Positions 1 through 9,502 of a stretch of 20,141 nt of DNA are shown piece after piece; the first letter of the stretch is position 1; the number at the start of each line of letters is the position of its first letter. Source of the stretch: Neoechinorhynchus agilis. Lineage: Eukaryota; Animalia; Acanthocephala. A program made the translations under genes and the position numbers. Under the pieces are notes generated by a model, which was not told the origin of the DNA, searched no databases, and saw nothing but the letters and a program-made list of their open reading frames with translations. The stretch lies in contig JBMGUZ010000052.1 in NCBI GenBank assembly GCA_051530055.1, positions 1-20,141 of the forward strand, in the 5' to 3' direction.

Positions 1-520
1 ATTCCCGTGAGTTCCAAATGTCGTTTGAGGTTCCAAAGAACGCAATCGCCGGTCGTATGAGGAGTTTCGTGACCGGTGGAGGCGTTCTTGTTGTGGAGAT
101 TCCTCTGAAAATCGAAGAGCGCGACGTAAAATCGTCCGTCGGCCATGGACAAGTTGGCCTCTTTGATTTTGACGAATTCTTTAAAGGCAATTTCTTCCCA
201 AAAGTCGTGGATACTCCAGACGGGAAAAAGAAGATTGAAATGAACGTGGACGTGAGTTCATTTAAACCAAATGACGTCCAAGTGTCTCTTAAAGATAATG
301 AGTTGGTTGTGAAAGAAGGATTCCTCGTTGTCTTAATATTACAAACAAGTCACTCTTCCACCTGGAACGGATGTTGAACATCTCACATCTCATTTCAGTG
401 GAGGAAAGTTCGTCCTTGAGGCTCCTTATGTCGCTCAGCTTAAAGAAGACGAAGGGCACAAGACGATCGAAGGTTCAAAAGGGTTATCCCTGATATCGTT
501 CTTATATTTTAGTTACGTGA
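1..520 (+). pseudogene. Multi-domain small heat shock protein (tandem alpha-crystallin domains, p40/major-egg-antigen-like), 5'-truncated by the window edge, with a frameshift and premature stop
   Basis: Frame from 3 reads SREFQMSFEVPKNAIAGRMRSFVTGGGVLVVEIPL (end of one ACD), then KIEMNVDVSSFKPNDVQVSLKDNELVVK (start of a second ACD). The rest of ACD2 (YYKQVTLPPGTDVEHLTSHFSGGKFVLEAPY) is in the +1 frame from 337, after a shift near 313-318 and TAA at 334-336. A putative 40-nt intron 473-512 gives C-terminal KTIEVT* (IxV motif), stop 518-520. Confidence 0.8.
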
Positions 521-938
521 AAATCAATGGATTCCTCTTTTTGTGTCAATCCAATTATGAACGTTTTAAAATTCTTTTATCTTCATTCATTGATTTCATT
601 ACCTAGTTAATAAACCAAAGAACGATTTTAAGGACTGTTCACTGAAAAAGTAGTACATTTTCACCGACGGTTAAGTTGTAGAAATGCATTTTTCTTGAAA
701 AAGAAAACTTTAATTAAAATCAAAATAGAGGATTGATTCAAATGTTTGTAGCTTTAACACCATTTTTGAAATGAAAGATTTTTTTCATTTATGGTTGGAT
801 AAATGCAAAATGCTTTATTTTACCGCCCGTGGGTTGGTTAAGAGACTTATTTCGCTTTTTTAAAACGCAATCGTGTCAAAATATTCTAGATTTTACTTTT
901 AATTGGGAAAAAAATCAGTAAAATTTGACGCCTGCGAA

Positions 939-2462
939 CTATTCCCGAATTTGCGATGGTGCAGTTGTTGTGAACTGGTTCGGATTGATTTGTTCTCGTT
1001 TCGTATAAAATTGAATTATATCATAGCTGGTCAACTTCTCCGTGGACTCTAAAAATGTTCAATTATAATACCAAATGCTTTTCAATACAAATACCGGATA
1101 TTTTAACTTTTCCAGGCGGAATGATCGCAACATTGTCCGGTAAAACAACATTGAACTGGCGCTCCAAAGTCGTAGTTATCTTATTTAAACATTTTGTGCA
1201 GAGATTATCGATGAATATACTCAAACGCATCGTAAGTTCGCTTCCATTTGTCCTATTAGCAGCTCCTATTCGATCTGTGTGAATATGAGAAGTGCGAAAC
1301 GGTCTCACCGAATCCTTCGTATTCAACGTATACGGGATCTTTTTCGTTTGAAAACTTGGAATCACTCGTGAACGCAAGGGTAAGTGCGTCGTTAGTGTAT
1401 TTATTTTCATCCAAAATCATTAAAATGAATTAGAGATTCTCGATGTTCTCTGACACGACCATAATCGAGAGTCTTTAATGTATCCTCTAGATTACCATTA
1501 TCCGTGTAAGTTACGATCGCATCGTATACTAAATTAGAAATTTCACGCGAATATCTTTATTATCGACATTTATTCTTACCCTTTCCATAGTCCTGTTCCC
1601 ATGGAAAAGAATTGCTTAAAATTTTGTCAAACTTATCGTCGGTTATAAACGAGTCTTTTATTCACGTTTGCAATGAAAAAAATATTTCAGAATTTAATCT
1701 TCTTTACCTTCAATGTTGACCAATTTTATCAGTAATAATGACATTCTCGATCCATCGGAATTGATCACAATTATTTTTTTTATAATTTTATTGAGAGCGT
1801 TAAATCGGTTCTGGGAACAAGAGCAAGATACTTTGTAAAGGGAATAGAAGATGACTTCGTAACGGTTTCTTTAATGAGCATCATCTTGTTAGTATCTTAA
1901 CGAAAAGTTCACTTACGTTGACAAGACTTTGACGGATTCCACTTGGATTGCATGTGGCTTATAAATTGGGAGAATGCTCAAAGCCATTTCTTCGATTCGA
2001 CCATTCATCTGCACGTTTGGGAGAAGTTATAATGCAAAATTAAGAACATTCTTACAGCAGTTTGAAATATTTGATTAATGTCACGTTTGCGTGCGAGACT
2101 AATTTTGCTTCCACCGAACACTTTGGCTTCCCGGCTCATTTCAAAAATAGCGCTTTCCTTCATGACTTCAACGAACGAAAAAGTATACGAAAACGACTTC
2201 ACTAAATACACTTACATTGACCTAAACGTAAGTTATTTTTTTAACATTCGATTTTTCGTGAGTCTATTACCTCTGGTTTGTGTTTCTGGCTGTAAAGTAG
2301 TAACTTCAGGACTTTCTTTGAGTGTAACGGCAAGTGTGACTATCAAAGAAACGATTAACGTTAATCCGATAAGACCAATTGCTCCGATCATTAGTGCTTT
2401 TAGTGCGCTATTCGTCGATGATCACTAAAAGATTACATGTACAAGCTAACTCACATTTTCAT
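939..2462 (-). CDS. Unrecognised 11-exon gene, ~346-aa type II membrane/signal-anchor protein with two loosely similar Cys-pair regions
   Basis: Manual splicing gives exons 2462-2455, 2407-2271, 2221-2216, 2165-2056, 2008-1917, 1868-1708, 1654-1580, 1528-1460, 1410-1309, 1265-1095, 1048-939 (1041 nt, one open frame). Introns are 43-53 nt, nine GT-AG and one GT-GG. N-terminus MKIALKALMIGAIGLIGLTLIVSLIVTLAVTLKESPEVTT is a single hydrophobic segment. ORF-track entries 2005-2211 and 1063-1410 are pieces of this gene. Confidence 0.72.
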
Positions 2463-2847
2463 TTTGAGTCAAAATGGTTTTTTAAAAGTTGGTGGTTTTG
2501 TGAGCACGAACCGATCTTTTATACCGGCAAAATGAAACGAAGAAACTCGTGATTGTTTTAGACCCATCTTTCGACACTCCTGCACCGTCTCTGAGTCAAT
2601 GATCGTTTTGTCGGATATCCAAGTTCAATGTACGTTCAAATGCATGGTTTGGATTTGAGTTCGGACACGAGGTTCGCGAGACCTTGCAATTAATCTTTTT
2701 TCGATTTTTAGACTAAACACCGTGATTTTTGTTCGGTACTTTTAAAAGGGTTTAGAGTCCATTTTTGTACATTGGCAGCTCTAATCGTTTTCAACAGTGA
2801 ATTCACGCGATCTTCCTTGTCGGTAGAAATTGGTTTTAAACACTATT

Positions 2848-3047
2848 TTTGAAACATTATTTGTCCTACTTTTTTCGGTTGTCGTTATTTCACAAAATTT
2901 ATCCGATTGAAACGAAATGTGTTTATTTTGACCTGAAGAAGGATGTAAACGCCGAAATATTGGTCCAAAGTAAAGAATTTCGTTTCAATCGCGTAAATTT
3001 CTGAAATAAAGACAACCGAAAAGGAAAATCATTAGAAATGTATCAAA
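2848..3047. repeat. Imperfect ~200-bp hairpin (foldback/MITE-like) element
   Basis: ttttcggttgtcgttatttcacaaaatttatccgattgaaacgaaat (~2872-2918) is the near reverse complement of atttcgtttcaatcgcgtaaatttctgaaataaagacaaccgaaaag (~2977-3023). Weaker pairing extends outward (tttgaaacatt / aatgtatcaaa) and inward to a ~28-nt loop. Confidence 0.7.
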
Positions 3048-3356
3048 CATTCACTTTATAGCTGAAGGTTTCGTTTGTAACTTGGTTTTTTATATACGGA
3101 AAAATAGAATCTGAGCTGATTTCAAAGTTTGACGGTTATGAGTGGCAAAAGTCGGTCATGAATCGAAAGCTTTTGAATTCCACTGTTGGCGTTTCCTGTG
3201 GTAATGTTCAAAGTTCTCTATTTTTACTTTTCCAGCAAAAAACGACAACCGTGATATCGGCAATACGCCAAATTGTCAACCGTATTTAACCAAGAGAAAA
3301 TCCTCTTGGAATCCTCACTTGGATATAAAATGTTAAATTAGTGCGGTTGTTGATTT

Positions 3357-3437
3357 AGGAGGGGATGCCGGGTACAGTCGGGTGAGAATATCCGGTCGGG
3401 AGATGCCCGTTGAGGTGGGAATTAGTGGTTATTGTTG
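3357..3437. repeat. GC-rich short-repeat tract, related to 6288-6430
   Basis: Shares gggtgagaat, tccggtcgg and gtgggaattrgtgkttattgtt with the tract at 6288-6430. Confidence 0.45.
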
Positions 3438-3696
3438 TTTTTCCGTCCATTTTGATCAATTCGCCATAAACAATAATGTAGAACCCCAGTTTCCTGTTTC
3501 ACAAAAAACCAATAAAAACTCGATTTATCTTAAACGTTTTCAGGATCAAGTCTATTTTTTGCCATTTCTGCTTCTCAGACAACGAGAAAGCAGCTTCTAC
3601 TTATGTATCTTGTGAGCGCAATAATCTTTTACATTTAAGGCTATAAACTTCGTTGATCTGACCAATATTTAAGCTCCCGCGGAATCATATTTTTGT

Positions 3697-3957
3697 TCTT
3701 TTCCCAACACCCTCATGTTTATTCCAGATTTATTATCGAACGGAAAATGGGTGTTTTATTTCTTGCTTCAAGTTTTCGACGCCTTCGTCAGGAATCTTTT
3801 CTTCGGTTATCTGAAAAGGAATCAGAGGAGACGGACAGCGTTGCCCTCCTCTGATTCCTTTTCAGACAACCGAAGAAAAGCTTCCTGACGAAGGCGTCGA
3901 AAATTTGAAGTAACAAACAAATAAAACACCCATTTTCCGTTCGATAATAAATCTGGA
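3697..3957. mobile_element. Palindromic non-autonomous element (foldback/MITE-like), copy 1
   Basis: 3723-3957 is a ~235-bp near-perfect inverted repeat (tccagatttattatcgaacgg...ccgttcgataataaatctgga) with a ~15-nt loop and a ~26-nt left extension. A second copy lies at 8144-8412. Confidence 0.8.
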
Positions 3958-4142
3958 GTAGTTTTTGATTAGAAAAAAGAACAGCATTGCACCAGCTCCG
4001 TCGTGCGCTCAGTTTAGTCTGCTACTAAAGCAAGGAATCCATTCCTATTATTCGTGTCTATCTTGCCAGCGCTGGCTGCGTAAAAGCAGAAATATATGTG
4101 ACAAGTCGTGATTCCTTCTCCTTAACGCAGGATTAGCAAAAG

Positions 4143-7100
4143 ATGGCTCCTGGCGCTGAAAAGGATAAAAGTGCAAAAAACAATGGTCAACGCGATTTGA
4201 AGGCGACGTGGAACAAACTGGTTTTGTACTTCAACGCACCTCAGAATGCTTCTTCACTCGCAGTGTTCAGAATTTTATTCTGTAAGGAACACACATAAAT
4301 AACTTAGTGACCCAACGAAGCCATTAGATTCCCTCATGGTGCTCGATATACCTTATGAACGGTCATTTGCATACGTTGACTATGCATACGGATCAAAATC
4401 TGACCCTTGCAAATTCCCTTTATTCGACTCGCTTAAACCACTATCCGTGATGGCAGCATCCATGATCTACATTGTCATGCTAACGGGTAAATCCATTTTG
4501 CTCAAAATTTAAAATACTATTAATAAAAATTTAGGTGCTATCGGTTCATTGGCCGGTATCTTGTATGAAGCCAGCACAATCATGTTCGCTGGAGCGTATT
4601 GGCTCATCTTTATTCAAGATAAAACGTCTTGGAATAATCATTCCTATCTTTACGGTCTAATTGGTTCAATGTTTTGCTTATTTGACGCCAACAGCCAATG
4701 GTTAGCAGTGTGTGTGTGTCAATTCTTTAAAACAGTAATTAAAGATTATGTCTTGGATTTTTTCCCGAAAACAAACTCCTTCCTATCTTTACAGTCTAAT
4801 TGGTTCAATGTTCTGCTTATTTGACGCCAACAGCCAATGGTTTTCATAGTGTCGATTCTTTAAAACAGTAATTAAGAATTATGTTTTGGATTTTTTTATT
4901 GAACGTACTTTTAGAAATTTTCAACTAGATTTAGTTCTTGAGTATAAGTCAGAAAATCGGTGACATTTTTTCTTTACAATCTTAGCAAAAGTACGAAATA
5001 GAACTGTTTTATACCATGAAGTGTTATTTCTTTCAATAGGACGTAGTTACTGAAACGATAAAAAATCTTAATTGTATTTGTAAAAAAACCAATTCACTCA
5101 ACCAATAATCTTGTTAAATGCCATCAATAATTGGCACATTAGAAATTTTGCAATCGCTTTAAAATGAGCCGAAGACTCAATGATTTCCGACTTTGTTCGC
5201 TCTAAAGGTCAGTGGACAGTTATTTGAGGAAATACAAGAACAAGAGTGTCCCAAGGTGGAATTACTTTATCCTACGATCTCAGGTCTGATTGCGAGGTTT
5301 AATCACTGCATTACAACAACGATGAACCATCTTAGATATTTTTAGTGTATTTCATTGCTGGATTGAAGAAAACGGAGACTGATTGGCTAAACGGATATTC
5401 ATGTTCGGACATTTTCGGACATTGGGTATTCACACCGTTCAGGTAGGCGAGGAAACATTGGGTTTAAGATTGAGTTCTTTAGATTTTTCCTTTCGGATGA
5501 ATATATTTCATGGTTCGTCGTTCACATCTGTGGGTTCGTGATTGATTTTTTCGTCGGATTTCTACTGCTCTACCGACCAACACGGGTCTTTGCAACCGTG
5601 GTAGTGTCGAGCTTCCATTGTATGAATTCACAAATCTTCAGTATTGGTAATGCAAACACTTAATTTTAATAACTTTTAACTCACTATTGAAAATAGGAAT
5701 GTTTCCTTTTGTAATGTTAGCATCAACTACTGTATTTTACGGTTATTCGTGGCCTCTTCACGTCTTTGGTAAGGATAACGAATACTATCAAGAGGAAGGT
5801 AGTTTAAATATCAATTGCATTTACGAAAAGAAAGATCCGGAGGTATGTAAGCCATTGAAACGCACATATTAAAAAAATAAATATAGACCGATCACTCAAA
5901 GGCCGCCTACACTCCAGTAAGAAGAAGACACCACTATTTTTCAGCTGGAATTATATTCTATCTTTTGCTGCAATTCACGCTGCCATATTCACATTTTATT
6001 ACGAAGGTTAGTCGCAAGTCTAAGAACTTCTCACTCCGTAGATTGAGCCTTATTTGAATTATCTTTTTTAAGCTCAAATGTGCGATTTCCGTCCCCATGG
6101 AATACCCATAATCACTCATATTTGTCAAGATCACTTGTCATAGCTCTCAAAAATTGATAGTAGTTGTCAGCATCTTGGTCTTCAATCACAAATTCTCAGA
6201 TAATAATACTTAGCAAAGCTATAAGAATAGCACGTTTATTGGTAATAGCACTCGAGTTCACAGTTGTTCAAAAAATGCGAATCCGTTAGGGTGGTAAAAT
6301 CCGGTCGGAGGGATGTCCATTCGGGTGGGACTATCCAGTCGAGGGAGGTTTGTTCGGGTGAGAATGTGTCCGTTCGTTTGAGAATATCCAATTGGAAGGT
6401 CCATTCTCGTGGGAATTGGTGTTTATTGTTTGCAGGAACGCTTTCAAGGTTGGTCTTTCCTCAGGGTTTCAAATCGCAAACGTTATCAATAATGTCAGTA
6501 ATTTGGTGATATCCCCAATAGAAGATTATTTATTTTCATCCAAATCGAAAATGATTGGCGTTATTGTTGGTGAAAGTAATTCGGTGATATCCCCAATAGA
6601 AGATTATTTATTTTATCGAAAATGTTTGGCGTTATTGTTGGTGTCAATAATTCGGTGATATCCCCAATAGAAGATTATTGATTTTCATCGAAATCGAAAA
6701 TGATTGGCGTTATTGTTGGTGAAAGTAATTCGGTGATATCCCCAATAGTAGATTATTGATTTTATCGAAAATGTTTGGCGTTATTGTTGGTGTCAATAAT
6801 TCGGTGATATCCCCAATAGAAGATTATTGATTTTCATCGAAATCGAAAATGATTGGCGTTATTGTTGGTGAAAGTAATTCGGTGATATCCCCAATAGAAG
6901 ATTATTGATTTTCATCGAAATCGAAAATGATTGGCGTTATTGTTGGTGAAAGTAATTCGGTGATATCCCCAATAGAAGATTATTGATTTTCATCGAAATC
7001 GAAAATGATTGGCGTTATTGTTGGTGCCGCATTTTGCCTTGAGGTGTTCCATTTTCGAGCATTTGTACACTTTACCATTTTAGAGGAAATATTTTAGGAA

Positions 7101-9502
7101 CTATACGAAGAAAGTTTTTTATTTAAAAAATAGCTGTTTGACCCTTCAAAAGAACCCCTACGATATCACGTTAAATTTAAAATAGGGATATAATAGTTGG
7201 ACAAACGGTCTATATGGTTACTCTTGGGATATGATGGTGCACAGTTGGCACACTCAACATATAAAGATAACCTGCTTAGACAAGAAAACAAACAAGACGT
7301 TCTTTATTAAAAAAGACAGTTACACGAGCACTTCTCGATGGAGTTCTCATGCTGACATGATAAAGCAACATGCTGTTTGCATTGCTAGACAGCTAGAGAA
7401 AGATAACGATAAAAAGAATGGACGATATGCAATCTATATGGATATTTGGCGATCAATGAATCACCGATTTGAACAAAGACAAGTCAATCCTCATGTGGAC
7501 ATCTCAACTGCTCCATGGAGTCCCTTTCATCCAAGTGAATGGATAATCCCATTATATCGGAATCTGTCCCATTGGAGACATAAGATTGAATTTATCAGAA
7601 AAGAAGTGGAAAACATGGATAACGGGATTCAAACTACGTTTGTTGCCGATGCTCCTGGTATGCATCAATGTTCGCATTTTAAGCTTCTACTTGTGTTGTT
7701 CAATAGGTCTCACTCTAACCAACTTTATAGAAAATGAAATATCCGCATTATTGGTAGTGCTTGATGGTGAAGTTACAGTTGAAATAATTCAAGATGAAAC
7801 GAATATTACGCTCAACCCGAGGACACATCCATTCAAAATTCCATCAGGACAATTCCATAATGTGCATGTAACTTCCGACTACCCAGCCTGCTATTACTAT
7901 GCGTTTCGAAACACAACTTTTGATATGGTTCAAAAACTTCATGACGGTTTATTTAACTATTCACTGGAAATCTTGAATCATACTAACCACGAAGAAAATA
8001 GCGGTAATGTAACTCTTTGTTTTTTCTTGCTATCTATTTTTTACTTCTAAACAGCGTTTGAAGTGCTCGCCTTAAAATTATGGACCTGTCTTTAATTGGA
8101 TTTTTCTCTCCTTTGAATCTAAATGTCCAATATAGTTCCATAACAGATTTATTATCGAACGGAAAATGGGTGTTTTTTTTATTTCTTGCTTCAAATTTTC
8201 GACGCCTTGCGTCTTCGTCAGGAAGCTTTTTCGGTTATCTAAAAGGGAATCAGAGGAGGGCAACGCTGTCCATGTCCTCTGATTCCTTTTCAGATAACCG
8301 AAGAAAAGCTTCCTGACGAAGGCGTCGAAAATTTGAAGTAACAAATAAATAAAACACCCATTTTCCGTTCGATAATAAATCTGGAATAAAACATGAGGGT
8401 GTTGGGAAAAGAGGCTTTCCATAATTTTATGTCCAATATAGTTTTACAGTTACTTTTATCACTTTAACTCAGTAGTCGTTCTTATCGCTGTGATCTCTGT
8501 GATTGATACAAACTGCAACTTTCTGAGAAACTCATAATAGGAAATATTATTTAAATCATTGAGAGAAAATCGTTCGGGATGATAATCGATCACATCGTAG
8601 AAAACTTTCAAGCAATGGCCGATGTAATAGTTCAATAAAATACTTTTTTGCCGGGGGATTATCGTAGGTGCCACGCTACCGGGGAATGTGCAAAGGAATT
8701 ATCGTTTAGAAGTCTACACCCGCGGTAAATGATTTCTTTTATTAAAGACGTTCTGCGAACTTAGTCGGGTCCATCATCAGTTCTAAAATACAACAACCCG
8801 ACGAGGTTCGAAACGTTTTTTATCCAAATAATCATTTACCGGGCGTAGACTTAAACAATAAATTCCACTTAGAAAAGGATTCTTGGGCGCTGTTTTATCA
8901 ACTGTAGCATATTCTCAATCCATCATCCTTTAATGTTACGTTGTTTCTTGGCAATCTCGTAAAAATTAAAGCATAAGATGATCTCTATCTACTCTTAATC
9001 ATTTTTACGATTTTGTTGAAATCCTTTTGCTTTCATAGAGTCCATCGTTCATGAGTTATTTTTTGTTAAAACCCGTATAGGACAATCAAGGGCCGAAATA
9101 TGGCGCAATATTTTGCCAGCACTTAGTGAAATCCCATTGAGTGATTTTCTGAATGAAGATGAAAATGAACTATTGGAAGTAATCACAGATAATGGAACTG
9201 ACGCCAGTCTCGATAATGAAATAATGGTCATGCTGAACGAGACAATAAATGCAAAATTAGAAGATGAGGAACTAAATGTTTTAAATTTTTTGGAAAACGT
9301 GATGGAAAACGTGGTGGATTTCTTTAAAAATAAGCTTCTAATTTACAAAAGATGGTAAGATCGTACGTTATAAGAGCATCCACAATCTCAAACTGATTTG
9401 TTTAGCATGTATGTGATCTATTACACTATACAATGTATTTTTACCGGAGATTCTTTGGAGAATAAACTTTTCGAAAACTATGATATGCTCCTTAGTGGAT
9501 AG
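4143..9502 (+). CDS. GGCX: Vitamin K-dependent gamma-glutamyl carboxylase, 12 exons, ~752 aa
   Basis: Exons 4143-4281, 4328-4486, 4535-4700, 5208-5283, 5336-5442, 5483-5646, 5697-5842, 5887-6006, 7186-7657, 7707-8003, 9039-9354, 9406-9502 (all GT-AG, 2259 nt, in frame). Motifs match vertebrate GGCX: SLAVFRILF, DKTSWNNHSYLYGL, YFIAGLKK (catalytic Lys pair), [44 protein letters not shown], WSPF, and both Cys of the known disulfide (DPCKFP, HAVCIA). The C-terminal DFFKNKLLIYKRC...GDSLE resembles human RFLLRKLYVFRRS...GRPSLE. AATAAA at 9531-9536. The 8003-9039 junction is the least certain. Confidence 0.92.
4641..4897 (+). repeat. 139-bp-period tandem duplication of the GGCX exon 3 end plus intron start
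   Basis: ttcctatctttacrgtctaattggttcaatgttytgcttatttgacgccaacagccaatggtt...ttctttaaaacagtaatta...ttatgtyttggatttttt occurs at 4641 and again at 4780. Confidence 0.9.
6288..6430. repeat. GC-rich short-repeat tract in GGCX intron 8, related to 3357-3437
   Basis: Degenerate repeats of cgggtgagaat/tccggtcgg ending in gtgggaattggtgtttattgtt. Confidence 0.45.
6497..7026. repeat. Minisatellite of about 7 units (78-bp and 71-bp variants) in GGCX intron 8
   Basis: Unit core ggtgatatccccaatag starts at 6505, 6583, 6654, 6732, 6803, 6881, 6959 (spacings 78, 71, 78, 71, 78, 78, then a partial unit). Confidence 0.95.
8144..8416. mobile_element. Palindromic non-autonomous element, copy 2, inside the GGCX 3' intron
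   Basis: Arms are nearly identical to 3723-3957. The loop and outer extension (aataaaacatgagggtgttgggaaaaga) are reverse-complemented relative to copy 1. Flanked by ttccataa (8136-8143, 8417-8424) and atgtccaatatagtt (8123-8137, 8429-8443) direct repeats. Confidence 0.8.
8695..8866. repeat. Diverged ~170-bp hairpin element
   Basis: ggaattatcgtttagaagtctacacccgcggtaaatgatt pairs with aatcatttaccgggcgtagacttaaacaataaattcc; inner cgaacttagtcgggt pairs with acccgacgaggttcg; ~25-nt loop. Confidence 0.7.

Noticed and set aside
6497-7026. CRISPR-like regularly spaced repeat
   Set aside because: There are no unique spacers; whole units repeat, the context is a eukaryotic intron, and no cas genes are present.
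8078-8422. ORFs 8080-8316 (+) and 8078-8422 (-)
   Set aside because: They lie over the palindromic element and mirror each other; no coding signature.
8459-8674. 71-aa minus-strand ORF nested in the GGCX intron
   Set aside because: GTG start, short and no recognisable motif; cannot be supported without a search.
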